Shown: positions 1 through 11,492 of the stretch, piece after piece
Layout: every line of letters begins with the position of its first letter
Numbering within the stretch: the stretch's first letter is position 1
Assembly (NCBI GenBank): GCA_036679645.1
Contig: JAZDCY010000076.1
Span: 1 to 64,000, forward strand
DNA from: Gemmatimonadota bacterium
Lineage (GTDB): Bacteria; Gemmatimonadota; Gemmatimonadetes; Gemmatimonadales; GWC2-71-9
DNA: 64,000 nucleotides
Direction: 5' to 3'
Notes under the pieces: generated by a model
The model's input: the letters and a program-made list of their open reading frames with translations, nothing else
What the model was told of the DNA's origin: nothing
Database searches by the model: none
Program-made: the position numbers and the translations under genes

Positions 1-1200
1 CTCGGCTTCAGCATCGTGCTGCCGTTCCTGATCTTCCTGGTCACACGACTTGGCGGGAACGCGCTCATCTACGGGGTCATGGGCGCCACGTACTCGGTTT
101 TTCAACTCATCGGCGCGCCTGTCCTTGGACGCTGGTCGGATCGGTTCGGCCGGAAGCGCGTGCTGCTGTTGAGTCAGCTCGGGACGCTCGCGTCCTGGGG
201 CATTTTTCTCATAGCACTCGCGTTGCCCGTGACGCGCATGTTCGACGTGGACTCCACCGTTCTCGGTCAGTTCACGATCACGGTTCCCCTGGTCGTGCTC
301 TTTCTCGCTCGCGCTCTCGACGGGATCACCGGCGGCAACGTGTCGGTGGCCAACGCCTACCTCGCCGATATCACGCCCGAAGAGGACCGCGCCGCGAATT
401 TCGGCAAGATGGCGGTCGCCTCGAATCTCGGATTCATCTTTGGTCCCGCGATTGCCGGGGTGCTTGGTGCCACGGCGCTCGGTGAATTCCCACCGGTCGT
501 GGCGGCGTTCCTGATATCCGTGGTCGCGAGCTTTCTCATCGCGTTCCGACTGCGGGAGCAGCCACGCTGCGTGTTGCGGGCCGATCCGGAGCTTGCGAAT
601 ACGCGGAAGATCATGGGTCAGGAGCACAAGGAATGTTTCCACATGGCGGCGGCCGTCCCGTTGTCCACCGGCCAGATCCTTCGCCTGCCGGGGATCGGCC
701 TGTTGCTCGTCATCTACTTCCTCGTGTTTCTCGCGTTCAACCTCTTCTACATTGCGTTCCCCGTGTACGCGGTGACCGATCTCGGCTGGGAGCTGGTCGA
801 TACTGGTCTCTACTTCTCGTTCATGGGTCTCTTGATGGCGACCGTACAGGGACCCGTCTTGAAGCGCGCCTCAGCCATCTGGTCCGACAGAACGCTGATC
901 CTGTCCGGGAGCCTGCTGCTCGCCGCGAGCTTCGGGTTCTTCACGTCGCAGACGACTTGGGTGATCTACGCCGGCGCGGCGCTGCTCGCGGTGGGGAACG
1001 GGCTCATGTGGCCTGCAGGGCCGGATGTGCAGGGCGCGGTGCAGGGATTCGCCGGGAGTGCGGGAGCCGTGGCGAGTGTCGCCGGGCTGGTGGTCGGCGG
1101 ATTGCTCTTCGGTGTGCTCGGCGGAACGGTCTTTGTGCTGGCTGCCGCGATTACGACGGGCGTGTTCCTGATAGCCTTTGCAATCCGACCCACTCACTGA
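1..1200 (+). CDS. MFS transporter (TetA/DHA1-like), 5'-partial
   Basis: Frame is open from base 1. MFS motif A 'GRWSDRFGRKR', 'RALDGITGGNVSVANAYLAD' and many hydrophobic helices. An apparent short in-frame gap at 'LMWP|AGPD' (~1012). Confidence 0.85.
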   Translation, partial: LGFSIVLPFLIFLVTRLGGNALIYGVMGATYSVFQLIGAPVLGRWSDRFGRKRVLLLSQLGTLASWGIFLIALALPVTRMFDVDSTVLGQFTITVPLVVLFLARALDGITGGNVSVANAYLADITPEEDRAANFGKMAVASNLGFIFGPAIAGVLGATALGEFPPVVAAFLISVVASFLIAFRLREQPRCVLRADPELANTRKIMGQEHKECFHMAAAVPLSTGQILRLPGIGLLLVIYFLVFLAFNLFYIAFPVYAVTDLGWELVDTGLYFSFMGLLMATVQGPVLKRASAIWSDRTLILSGSLLLAASFGFFTSQTTWVIYAGAALLAVGNGLMWPAGPDVQGAVQGFAGSAGAVASVAGLVVGGLLFGVLGGTVFVLAAAITTGVFLIAFAIRPTH

Positions 1201-1242
1201 CCGCCCTTACGCCCTCCCGCCCTCCCGCCCATCTTCACCAGC

Positions 1243-3820
1243 ATGGCTGAGATCGACCACCTCACCGCAGCCGTCGCCGACCGCTACCGCATCGAGCGCG
1301 AGCTGGGCTCGGGCGGCATGGCGACCGTGTATCTGGCGGAAGATCTCAAGCACGAGAGGTTGGTGGCGCTCAAGGTCTTGCGACCCGAGCTGGCCGCGGC
1401 AATCGGCAACCAGCGATTCCTGCGCGAGATCAAGATCACCGCCAAGCTGCATCACCCGCACATTCTCGAGCTGTACGACTCGGGCGATGCCGACGGATTC
1501 CTCTACTACGTCATGCCGTACGTCGAAGGTGAATCTCTCCGCGATCGGCTCGATCGGGAGAAGCAACTCCCGCTGGACGACGCGATGTCCATCGCGCGCG
1601 AAGTTGCCGATGCGCTGAGTTACGCGCACAGTCATGGTGTCATTCATCGGGACATCAAGCCCGAGAACATTCTGTTGCAGTCGGGTCACGCGGTCGTTGC
1701 CGATTTCGGGATCGCGCGTGCCGTGAGCGCGGCGGGCGGCGAGCATCTCACCGAGACGGGCATGTCCATCGGCACACCCGTGTACATGAGCCCGGAGCAG
1801 GCTGCTGGCGAGACCGATCTGGACGGACGCAGCGACCTGTACTCGCTGGGATGCGTTCTCTACGAGATGCTGGCGGGCCAGCCGCCGTTCACTGGGGCCA
1901 CCGTTGAGAGCGTGATCCACCAGCACGTCTCGGCGGAACCCCCGAACATCACGAGCATCCGTCCCGCCGTGCCTGCCGGGATCGCGGGCATCCTCCAGCG
2001 CGCGCTGGCAAAGACGCCGGCCGACCGGTTCAGTCCGGCGGCGCAGTTCGCCGAAGCGCTGCAAGCGCAAAGCGGCACGAGTGGTTTTGTGACGGCTCCG
2101 CCGCCCGGTAGGATGCGCCGTTGGAACGTAGCGATCGCGGGTGCGGCGATCATCGTGCTCGGCGCGGCGGCCGCTGCCCTGTTCCTCCCGCGAGGCAGCG
2201 AGGACGTCCCCGTCGTCGGCCGGTCGACCCAAGTCACCTTCGATCCGGGTCTCGAGCTGGATCCGGTGCTGTCACCCGACGGATCCAGGAGCAGATCTAC
2301 CTGCGTCCGGTCACCGGGGGACGTCCGATCGCGCTGACGGATCCGACACCTGGCGGTCACCGCCGCCCACAATGGATGCCCGACGGCGGGCGCATCAGCT
2401 TCGAGGGGCGTGACGGGGTGTATGCCGTAGCGACACTCGGTGGGGTTGCGAGTCGGCTCTTTGCGCCTGCGGAGGGCGTCTTGTGGAGTCACGCGTGGTC
2501 GCCCGACGGGCGCCACGTCGCGTACGCTGCAAGCGAGGACCGCGTTTTCGTCCGGTCGATGGAGAGCGGTGAGACGCGATTGCTCGCCAACATCTACTTC
2601 CCGTCCTCGATTGCCTGGCATCCCGACGGCAGCCGCATTGCCGTCGTGTCCGGGAATGCGGAGTGGATCTTCGGGGCGCTCGGCCAACGGGCGTTCGCGA
2701 ACGTTGCGCCGAGCGCGCTGCTGGTCGTTCCGATCGACGGGGCACCGCCGGTGCAGGTGACGAGCGGGGAGCACATGGACATGAGTCCGGTGTGGCTTCC
2801 AGACGGCAGGCTCTTGTTCATGTCCAACCGCGACGGCAGCCGCGATCTCTACGTCGTGCGACTGCGTCCCGACGGCACGCTAGCCGGCCCCCCGCGTCGC
2901 GTTACGACCGGTCTCGACATTCACACGATGATGTTGTCCATTCTCGGTTCGAGTCTCGGGCAAACGCCTGGGCAGCTGACATCCCCGCGCACGGGTCGGT
3001 GTCCGTCAGCGAAGCGCGTAAGCTCACGTCGGGAAGCCAGCTGGTCGAGGGACTCGCGGTGTCCTCTGACGGCCGGTGGCTCGCTTTCGATAGCGACCGG
3101 TCGGGCAACCAGGACGTATTCAAGATGGAGTTGCCCGATGGGGAACCGATCCAACTCACGACGCACGCAGCGGACGATTTTGTGTGGGCGTGGACCTGGG
3201 ATGACGCGTTCATCACGGGACACACTTTCCGGCACGGAGCCCGCGATCCATTTGTTCTGGCGGCGGATGGCTCCAGCATCGAAATCATCGCGCGGGACAC
3301 AGTCCAGGCGCGCTACCCTTTCCTGTCACCCGACGGACAGCGCGTCGTGTTGGACCAGGAGGATCATGGAGTGCGCCAGGTGTTCGTGCGCGAGCGACGG
3401 ACGGACGGCTCGTGGGGACTGCCCCGCCAGGTGACCAGGGATGGGGGCGGAGGGGCGAGCTGGTCACCCAACGGCGCACTCATGCTCTTTACGAATCAGC
3501 CCGCCGGTATCGCGACGGTGAGCGATACGACTGGTCGAGAGACGCTTGTGGTGGGAGGGAGTCGTCCGGGCGACGGCGTTGTCAGCGCTCGCTGGTCTCC
3601 GGACGGCCGCAGCATCGTCTACAAGACCTTAAACGACGACGGCGAGCAAGCGCTGTGGTCCGTTCCGACTGGTGGCGGCACTCCTCGTCTCCTCGTCCGG
3701 TTCGACGATCCCTCGCGCCAGTGGCTAAGGAACGAGTTCGCGACCGATGGTCGGCGCATCTACTTCGTGCTGTCGGAGCATCAGAGCGATGTCTGGGTGA
3801 TGGAGCTGTCGTACGACTAG
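1243..3820 (+). pseudogene. eSTK with TM segment and TolB/PD40-like beta-propeller, frameshifted twice (~2283, ~2930)
   Basis: GxGGMA, VALK, HRDIKPEN, DFG and YMSPEQ in ORF 1243-2337. WSPDG repeats continue in the frames of ORFs 2121-3434 and 2663-3820, ending 'SDVWVMELSYD'. Confidence 0.85.
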
Positions 3821-3848
3821 AGGAGCGATTGGGCAGTAAGGAGGCGCC

Positions 3849-4220
3849 ATGCAGGACAAGGAATTCGTCAGTCTCTACCACCAGATCGGTGGCGACGCGG
3901 TTCTCGACAAAGCCATCGAGCGTTTCTACGACCGCGTCCTCGCCGACGATCGGATCCGTCACTTCTTTGACGGAGTCGACATGGACCGGCTGCGCGCAAC
4001 ACAGAAGACCTTCCTCGCGTACTGCTTTGGCGGGCCATACATCTACGACGGCAAGGCGATGCGCGATGCGCACCACCATCTCTCTCTCACCGAAGAGCAT
4101 TTCCAGGCGGTTATGCAACATCTGGAGGACACGCTGCGCGAGCTGGGCGTGCGGGAGGATCTCGTCGAGGCCGCGGTGAGCATTGCCGCCAGTCATCACG
4201 ATGAGGTATTGGGTCTGTGA
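3849..4220 (+). CDS. glbN: Group I truncated haemoglobin
   Basis: 'SLYHQIGG...FYDRVLAD...FF...Q..FL...GGP..Y.G..M..AH'; RBS AAGGAGG upstream. Confidence 0.9.
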   Translation: MQDKEFVSLYHQIGGDAVLDKAIERFYDRVLADDRIRHFFDGVDMDRLRATQKTFLAYCFGGPYIYDGKAMRDAHHHLSLTEEHFQAVMQHLEDTLRELGVREDLVEAAVSIAASHHDEVLGL

Positions 4221-4346
4221 TCGATCGTTGAACGTTGATGGAGCCTCGTCACACGTTCAGGCATGTCGCTCCGGAAGTGCGGTCAACGGTGAACGGTCAA
4301 GCGTCCACGATCAACGTCGACCCCACATGACACGCATCGTCTTCCC

Positions 4347-5490
4347 GTGGAGGAAATAGCCGCGCGTCGTCCTCGTACCGACCCGGAGCGCGCCGACCGG
4401 GCGATCCCCCCTATCGTCAAGGCACTCGGTGCCGTCTCGTTTTTCAACGACATCGCGAGCGAAATGGTGTACCCGCTCCTGCCCGCGTTCTTCACCCAGA
4501 CGATGGGAGTCGGCGCGGTAGCCCTCGGTGCGCTCGACGGCATCTCCGACGCTGTCTCGGCGGGAGTCAAGTTGCTTGCCGGTCGGCTGGGTGACCGACG
4601 TCGGTGGCGCCGCCCGCTCGTGGTTGGGGGGTATGCGCTGGCGAGTGTTGCCCGACCCATGATGGCGCTGAGCGGCGCGGCGTGGCACGTGATCGCGCTG
4701 CGGGCGGTGGATCGGGTGGGGAAGGGCGTGCGCTCGCCCGCGCGTGACGCGGTGATCGCGGACGCGACCCACCCGTCGATTCGCGGGAAAGCTTTTGGAT
4801 TCCACCGAGCGATGGATCATGCGGGTGCCATGATCGGTCCCCTCATCGCGGCGGGGTTGATCTGGCTGGCCGCAGCGAGCCCGCGCGACGTGATACTGTG
4901 GAGTGCTGTGCCGGGCGCGATTGCCATTCCCAGCGTGTGGTTCGCATTACGACGTGAGGCGGCGGTGAGGACGTCGCCGGGCACGGGCGTCCAGCCGGAC
5001 ACGGAGCCGCGATCCGCTGTGCGAGGAGGGCTCGTTGGCCTGGTGGTGCTTTTTGCGTTTGCGCGGTTTCCCGAAGCGTTGTTCCTGCTGCGCCTGCAGG
5101 ATGTCGGCGTGCCGCTCGCCGCGGTACCACTTCTGTGGGCGGCGCTGCACCTTGTTCGCGCCGCGGCGACCTATCCCGGTGGCGTCCTGAGCGATCGCAT
5201 AGGCCCAATGCGCGCCATGGCGGCCGGCTGGATGGTGTACGCGGTCGTGTGCGCTGGGCTCGCTTTCGCAGGCAGCGCACTTTCGGCTGCGGTTTGGTTT
5301 CTGGCTTTCGGTCTGGTCGCGGCGGCGACGGAAGCCCCCGAGCGCGCTCTGGTCGCCGCTTGGGGTGGCACGCTGCTGCGGTCGCGCCGGTACGGGATTT
5401 ACCACGCGGGGACGGGCGCCGCGGCACTGCCTGGCGCGTTGGTCTTTGGCGCGGTCTACGCGACGGCCGGGGGTACGACGGCCCTGTTCG
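4347..5490 (+). pseudogene. MFS transporter, C-terminally truncated and fused to the next gene
   Basis: 'VSFFNDIASEMVYPLLP', 'DRVGKGVRSPARDA' and 'AFGFHRAMDHAGA'. The last TM helix is missing and the ORF runs as non-hydrophobic sequence to 5732. Confidence 0.7.
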
Positions 5491-7068
5491 TGCCTCGCAC
5501 TTCAGGCACCGAACCTCCTCGCGCACACTGTGGATCCCATCCGGACCCATCAGAATATTCTGCGCTACGAGTTCGCCATCTCGATTCCCGATACCGGCAC
5601 CGCCATCTCGGCTGCCGCAACTGTCCATTATCGGGTCGCAGAGGCGGACCGCGCGCTCGTGCTCGATCTGTCCGACAGCCTTCGCGTGTTCCGCGTCTGG
5701 GCAGGACGCACCGAGCCGACGTTCCGCCATGAGGGGGATTCGCTGGTGATCGAGCATTGGGGAGCGGTAGGCGACTCACTGGTTGTGACCGTCGCGTACG
5801 GTGGACATCCGCCGGACGGACTCGCCATCCAGGAAAACGTGTATGGGCATCGAACGGCATTTGCCGACAACTGGCCTAACCGCGCCCACTTCTGGCTACC
5901 TGTCGAGGATCATCCGTCCGACAAGGCGGCCGTGCGGTGGGAGATCGAGGTGCCGGTGTCGTGGCGCGCGGTGGCCAACGGCCGGATGTTAGATGCCACA
6001 CGCTCCGCAAGCGGACGCATCACTTGGCGGTACAGCGAGAGCCGCCGCATTCCGGCGTACACCTTCGTGATCGGCGCGGGCGATCTCACCGTGACGCCGC
6101 TGCGCACGGACGGCGGTGTGCGACAGAGCCTGTGGTCGTACGCGGAAGATTCCACGTTCGCGGTAGATGGTCCGTTCGCGCGCGTGAATCAGATCGTCGA
6201 CGTGCTCGCGGAATACATTGGCCCGTTCCCGTACGACAAGCTGGCGCACGTCGAGTCGAGCACGCGCTTTGGGGGAATGGAAAACGCCGGTGCAATCTTC
6301 TACACGGAACGCGGGTACGCCCAGCGTTCGATGAACGAGCCCCTGGTCATTCACGAGACCGTGCACCAGTGGTTCGGCGACGCGGTGACCGAGTACGATT
6401 GGCATCACCTGTGGCTGTCCGAGGGGTTCGCAACGTATTTCGCCGCGCTGTTCTACGACCTGATTGACGAAGACGAGACGTTCCGGCAGCGTATGGAGGC
6501 GGCCAAACAAAGCTACATCGCGTCAGACGTGGTCGATCTCCCCATCCTGGAGTTTGGCGAGACCAATTACATGCAGCTCCTGAACGCCAATAACTATTCC
6601 AAGGGCGGTTGGGTATTGCACATGCTGCGGCGGGAGATCGGCGATGACGCGTTTCGTCGTGGTATTCGCACGTACTATGCCGAGTACCGGGACTCGACGG
6701 CGCTCTCACGAAATTTCCAGCTGGTGATGGAGCGGGAGACGGGAGAAGACTTGGGCTGGTTTTTCCGGCAGTGGCTGACGCAACCCGGGTACCCTCGAGT
6801 GACGGTTACCGTGCGACGCGAGGTCGGAGCCGACGGAGAAGCCGAGATCGTGGTGCGGCAGACCCAGCCGGAGGCGTGGGGCGCGTTCCGCGTTCCGGTG
6901 CGCGTCGACGTGATCGATAGCTCGAGCGGCGAGCGGGCAAGCGTTACGATCCGGATGGACGGCCGCACCGGTCGTGCCTTTCTGGCGATCCCCGTTGGCG
7001 CTGATACCGTCTTGGCAGACCCGGAGAAGGCTGTCCTGATGACTGCGCAAACCACCTGGGAAGATTAG
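5491..7068 (+). CDS. M1 family Zn aminopeptidase; start codon/signal peptide apparently lost
   Basis: GGMEN, HETVHQWFG...WLSEGFA (HExxH-x18-E) and NYSKG. No in-frame start near the 'CLALQAP' signal remnant. Confidence 0.85.
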   Translation, partial: CLALQAPNLLAHTVDPIRTHQNILRYEFAISIPDTGTAISAAATVHYRVAEADRALVLDLSDSLRVFRVWAGRTEPTFRHEGDSLVIEHWGAVGDSLVVTVAYGGHPPDGLAIQENVYGHRTAFADNWPNRAHFWLPVEDHPSDKAAVRWEIEVPVSWRAVANGRMLDATRSASGRITWRYSESRRIPAYTFVIGAGDLTVTPLRTDGGVRQSLWSYAEDSTFAVDGPFARVNQIVDVLAEYIGPFPYDKLAHVESSTRFGGMENAGAIFYTERGYAQRSMNEPLVIHETVHQWFGDAVTEYDWHHLWLSEGFATYFAALFYDLIDEDETFRQRMEAAKQSYIASDVVDLPILEFGETNYMQLLNANNYSKGGWVLHMLRREIGDDAFRRGIRTYYAEYRDSTALSRNFQLVMERETGEDLGWFFRQWLTQPGYPRVTVTVRREVGADGEAEIVVRQTQPEAWGAFRVPVRVDVIDSSSGERASVTIRMDGRTGRAFLAIPVGADTVLADPEKAVLMTAQTTWED

Positions 7069-7136
7069 CCGTTGGCGCTCGGGCCTCATCCTCCCTGGTA
7101 CGGCTGACCGTGCCTTGCTCATTTGGCACCCCTCGC

Positions 7137-7161
7137 GAAACCATCTACGTCCTGTGCCGTA
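7137..7161 (+). promoter_or_regulatory. ECF sigma (sigmaW-like) promoter
   Basis: GAAAC-N16-CGTA upstream of the efflux operon. Confidence 0.6.
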
Positions 7162-7204
7162 TATAAGAGCAACCCAGTCCACGGCTATGCCGAGGGGCTC
7201 CCAA

Positions 7205-8323
7205 ATGCTACGTGCCGGGCCCGTCCTCGCGAGCGCGGCGGTGCTGTTTGCCGTCGGGCTTTCTGGCTGCTCATCGGCGGAAGGAAACGCCGAAGCTTCC
7301 GAATACGTCTTCCGTGTCGGCGTCGCCGACCGCGGGGCCATAGCGGTGACCATCGAGGAGACCGGTCTCGTGGAGCCGCAGCGGCAGATCGTGGTGAAAT
7401 CCCCAATCTCTGGCGTCGTGAGGACTCTTCATGTCCGGGCCGGCGATGCGGTCCGCCCCGGCCAGCTGCTGGCCACGATCGTGCCGGACATCGCGCAGGC
7501 CAACGCCTTGGCACAGCTCATGAGTGAGCATGCCGGGGCCGATATCTCCGTCCGGAACCTGCGACGCGAGTTCCTCCGCGCGCAGCGGCTCGAGGCCGAT
7601 TCTCTCATCTCCGAGGTCGATGTGGAGGCCGCCCGGGTAGCGCTCGAGCAGGCCGAAAACCGGTACTCGGCTGCGAGCGAGCGGCTCCGGCTGATGGAGG
7701 AGAGCGGCGTCCGCGCGACGGCGGAGTCGCAGTCCGCCGTTATCAGGGCGCCCGCGGCGGGTGTCGTGATACTACGAGGTGTTGAGGAGGGCGAGACCGT
7801 GGTCGGCGGCACGAGTGCGTTCGGGGGCGGCACCGAGATGTTCACGATTGGCGATCTCTCGACGCTGGTGGTCAAGACGGCCGTGAACGAAGTGGACATC
7901 GGGAAGGTCCGACAGGGCGATGTTGTACGCATCACCGTCGATGCGTTCCCGGGTGATACGGCCGAAGGCGTCGTTCGTCTCGTTCCGCCTGCCGCCAGGC
8001 AGCAGGACCGCATTCGCGTCTTCGACGTGGAGGTGGAGGTCACGGACGGTGTGGAATTACTGCGACCTGGGATGACGGCGAACGTCCAGATAGCGGGTCC
8101 CCGGCGCGACGACGTGGTTCGCATACCGGTCGAGGCGGTTTTCTATTCGCAAGGTCGTCCGACAGTATTCAAGATCGGTGCGGGACAAGCGCGGCGGGTG
8201 GCAGTCACGCTTGGACTGAGCGACCTCACGTTCGTCGAGATCATCGACAGCCTAGCAGCGGGAGATTCGATCGCGCTGGAAGACCCGGCGGAAGCGGCTC
8301 GACGTGCCGGAACCGGTCGGTAG
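7205..8323 (+). CDS. Efflux periplasmic adaptor (MacA/HlyD-like), lipoprotein
   Basis: LSGC lipobox, 'VKSPISGVV' lipoyl half, 'VNEVDIGKV' and 'LRPGMTANV'. Start could be 7187. Confidence 0.9.
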   Translation: MLRAGPVLASAAVLFAVGLSGCSSAEGNAEASEYVFRVGVADRGAIAVTIEETGLVEPQRQIVVKSPISGVVRTLHVRAGDAVRPGQLLATIVPDIAQANALAQLMSEHAGADISVRNLRREFLRAQRLEADSLISEVDVEAARVALEQAENRYSAASERLRLMEESGVRATAESQSAVIRAPAAGVVILRGVEEGETVVGGTSAFGGGTEMFTIGDLSTLVVKTAVNEVDIGKVRQGDVVRITVDAFPGDTAEGVVRLVPPAARQQDRIRVFDVEVEVTDGVELLRPGMTANVQIAGPRRDDVVRIPVEAVFYSQGRPTVFKIGAGQARRVAVTLGLSDLTFVEIIDSLAAGDSIALEDPAEAARRAGTGR

Positions 8324-8326
8324 CAC

Positions 8327-8998
8327 ATGGCCCTGATCGCGGCGCACGGTCTCACGAAGATCTATCGGCTGGGACGCGTCGATGTCCCGGCGTTGCGCGG
8401 GGTCGATATCGCGGTGGAGGAAGGCGAGTACGTCGCCATCACGGGACCGTCCGGGTCGGGCAAGAGCACCCTCATGCACATCCTCGGCTGCCTGGATTCG
8501 CCGACGGCCGGCAGCTATCACCTGGCCGGCGAAGACGTGAGCGAGTTGCGAGGCCGTGCACTGGCACGTGTGCGCAATCGCAAGGTCGGATTCGTCTTCC
8601 AGACGTTCAATCTCATGCCGCGCATGTCTATCGATGAGAATGTGGCCCTCCCGCTCCAGTATCGCGGTGGGCAATCCCGTCGTGCGCGACTCGAGAAGGC
8701 ACGAGCGCTGCTCGAGCGGCTCGGTCTTGGGGAACGGATTGGACATCGACCTGAGGAGTTGTCGGGTGGCGAGCGACAGCGCGTGGCAGTGGCGCGATCG
8801 TTGATTGGCGAGCCGGCCATTCTCCTCATCGATGAGCCGACTGGCAATCTCGATTCGAAGGCTGGCGCCGAGGTGCTCGAGACCTTCAGGGAAGTTCACG
8901 ACGCCGGCAACACGATCGTGCTGGTAACGCACGATCCGAACGTCGCGACGGAGGCGGATCGCTCCATCCACATTGCTGACGGGTTGGTTGCCGCTTGA
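8327..8998 (+). CDS. ABC ATP-binding protein (MacB/LolD-like)
   Basis: GPSGSGKST, LSGGERQRVA and DEPTGNLD. Confidence 0.95.
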   Translation: MALIAAHGLTKIYRLGRVDVPALRGVDIAVEEGEYVAITGPSGSGKSTLMHILGCLDSPTAGSYHLAGEDVSELRGRALARVRNRKVGFVFQTFNLMPRMSIDENVALPLQYRGGQSRRARLEKARALLERLGLGERIGHRPEELSGGERQRVAVARSLIGEPAILLIDEPTGNLDSKAGAEVLETFREVHDAGNTIVLVTHDPNVATEADRSIHIADGLVAA

Positions 8999-10221
8999 GT
9001 TTCCTCGAGGCGTTGTGGATTGGCTTCGACGAGGCACGGCGGCACTTGGGCCAGACGTTGCTCTCGCTCCTCGGCTTGGTGCTCGGTACCGGCAGCATCG
9101 TTACGGTGCTCGCGCTCTTTGGTGGCCAGTCGAAGATCACACAGGAATACATCTCTGAAGTAGGCGGCTTCGGAACCGTCATCGTACGGGACCGAGATCA
9201 ATCCGAACAGCCGACCGCCCGCGAGTTGGCCTCGGATCGGCTGACCTACGGCGACGCGCGCTATCTCAAGGACAAGGCGACAATGCTGTCGGCGGTGGCC
9301 CCGGGATACTTCAACCAATTGGAGTACCGGGTAGGTGGCGTCGACTTCCGTGGCACGATCATCGGAACGACGCCCGATTATGCGGTCATCAATGACATTC
9401 GGCCCATGGTTGGCCGGTACCTGAGCGATCTGGACGTGCGGCGGCGATCCCGGGTCATGGTGCTCGGCTGGGCGTACGCAGATTCCCTCTTTGGCGATCC
9501 CCATCGTTCCATAGGGCAGCTCGTCACGCTCGGGGGCAGGAACTACACGGTAGTCGGTGTGATGGAACGGGAAGAGTTCTATTTCGCAGCGTGGAGCGGG
9601 AACTCGCTCGCCTACCGCAACCAGCGCGCGTACGTACCGATCACGACCGCGTTCAGCCAGTACACCGGTGAAGACGAGAGTTTGTCCTTCCTGACGCTCA
9701 AGGCGATAACACCGACTGGCGCGCGCGCGGCTGAGGAACAGGTCAGCGCCATGTTGTTGCTGCGACACGGTGTGGAGGATTTTGATATCACGCCGTCGGG
9801 CGGTGGTGCCAACAGCGACGCCGACTTCTTCATGTTGTTCAACTTCATCTTCCTCGTCGTGGGCGTGATCTCGCTCATCGCCGGCGGAGTGGTGATTGCC
9901 AACATTCTCCTCGCTTCGGTGGTAGAGCGCGTGAGAGAGTTCGGTACGCGTATGGCCATCGGTGCGACCGGGTTCCAGATCTTCAGCCAGGTGCTGGCGC
10001 AGGTGATCGTTGTCGCGGTCATCGGTGGTCTAGGCGGCCTCGGTCTTGGCGCGGCGCTGACCGGCACGGTCGCGCACTTCATGAGCATGCCCGCCGCGGT
10101 CACCCCTCCTATTGCGACAGTCGCCATCGTCACGTCGTTGAGCGTCGGTTTCGTAGCGGGTCTCTACCCCGCGTTCCGCGCCGCCAGACTATCGCCGGTC
10201 GAAGCGCTGCGCTATGGCTGA
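8995..10221 (+). CDS. ABC permease (MacB/FtsX family)
   Basis: 'NILLASVVERVREFGTRMAIGA' and 'PAFRAARLSPVEALRY'. Confidence 0.92.
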   Translation: MSFLEALWIGFDEARRHLGQTLLSLLGLVLGTGSIVTVLALFGGQSKITQEYISEVGGFGTVIVRDRDQSEQPTARELASDRLTYGDARYLKDKATMLSAVAPGYFNQLEYRVGGVDFRGTIIGTTPDYAVINDIRPMVGRYLSDLDVRRRSRVMVLGWAYADSLFGDPHRSIGQLVTLGGRNYTVVGVMEREEFYFAAWSGNSLAYRNQRAYVPITTAFSQYTGEDESLSFLTLKAITPTGARAAEEQVSAMLLLRHGVEDFDITPSGGGANSDADFFMLFNFIFLVVGVISLIAGGVVIANILLASVVERVREFGTRMAIGATGFQIFSQVLAQVIVVAVIGGLGGLGLGAALTGTVAHFMSMPAAVTPPIATVAIVTSLSVGFVAGLYPAFRAARLSPVEALRYG

Positions 10222-11491
10222 CGGTTCACGGGTGTGGAGGGTCATTGCCAAGCCGGGCGAACTGGTGCTCGACGCGCTGCGCGAGATCCTCGGGCACAAG
10301 CTCCGTTCGTTGCTCACGCTGTTCGGGATCGTTTTTGGCGCAGCTGCGGTTGTCGCAATGACGTCGCTAGCCTCGGCACTGAAGGTGATGGCGTACGATG
10401 AGCTGTCGCGCATGGGGATGCCTCGCACCGTGGATTTCGAAGATCGAGGTCCCCGTTCTGACGCGACGCGCGCCGAGGATCTCCGGTATGTGGGAGTGCG
10501 CGCCGCGGACGTCGCCGCGCTCGGACAGATGGGCGGCGTGCGGCGCGCGTACGGGGTTACGAATGCGGGCCGGCAGCTCGCCGCTACGACACAGGACCAG
10601 CGCGTCGTGCCGGTGAACGGTGTCGACGCGGGGTACCTTGAATTTCGAAACTGGCCCGTCGTTCGGGGACGGGAGCTTTCTCAGCTAGAGGTTGCCAGAG
10701 CTGCGCGAGTCGCGGTCTTGGGCGAGCTGCTCGCAGAGCCGCTTTTCGGTGCGGCCGATCCCATTGGACGAAACATCCTCATTGACGGCGTCCGGTTCCG
10801 CGTCGTCGGATTGGTGGCGCCGGTCGAGTTGGAGCTAGTGCCCGCGGACTTTTCCTTTCTAGCGCGGCGGATCTACGTGCCCTACACGTATGTGACGCGC
10901 TACTACCGTGGCGAGCAACGCGTGGACAATATCGTGGTTCGCATCGCCGACACCGCTGACTTTGTAACCACTCTCGACGCGGGTACCACCTTACTCCGGC
11001 GCAGACATCGTGGCGCCGATGATTTCGAGATCAACAACGAAGCCGCCGACGTCGCCGAGGACCTAGCCATGGCAGATACGATCCTCGGCGGGTGGAACAT
11101 CGTATTGTTCACCATCGCCGGGGTGACGCTTTTCGTGGGTGGGGTCGGGTTGCTCTCCGTGCTGATCATCTCGGTGCGGGAGCGCGTGCGGGAGATCGGC
11201 ATCCGCATGGCCCTCGGTGCCGACGACCGGGACATTCGCCGGCTCTTTCTCGTGGAATCGATGACGCTGGCGCTCCTCGGAGCCATCCTCGGTGTTGGGG
11301 GAGGCGCGGGGCTCATTCTCGTCACCGAGAAGATCGCGCAGTCCTTCGGGAAGAACTTCGTGATCCCCGTACATGTACCGGGTGCCGTGGCGGCGGTCGC
11401 CTTTGCCACGCTCGTCGGTTTGCTGTTTGGGTGGTATCCGGCAAGCCGCGCCGCAAGGCTGAATCCTATCGAGGCCATTCGGGAACTCTGA
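10214..11491 (+). CDS. ABC permease (MacB/FtsX family)
   Basis: 'SVRERVREIGIRMALGA' and 'PASRAARLNPIEAIR'. Confidence 0.92.
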   Translation: MADGSRVWRVIAKPGELVLDALREILGHKLRSLLTLFGIVFGAAAVVAMTSLASALKVMAYDELSRMGMPRTVDFEDRGPRSDATRAEDLRYVGVRAADVAALGQMGGVRRAYGVTNAGRQLAATTQDQRVVPVNGVDAGYLEFRNWPVVRGRELSQLEVARAARVAVLGELLAEPLFGAADPIGRNILIDGVRFRVVGLVAPVELELVPADFSFLARRIYVPYTYVTRYYRGEQRVDNIVVRIADTADFVTTLDAGTTLLRRRHRGADDFEINNEAADVAEDLAMADTILGGWNIVLFTIAGVTLFVGGVGLLSVLIISVRERVREIGIRMALGADDRDIRRLFLVESMTLALLGAILGVGGGAGLILVTEKIAQSFGKNFVIPVHVPGAVAAVAFATLVGLLFGWYPASRAARLNPIEAIREL

Positions 11492-11492
11492 A

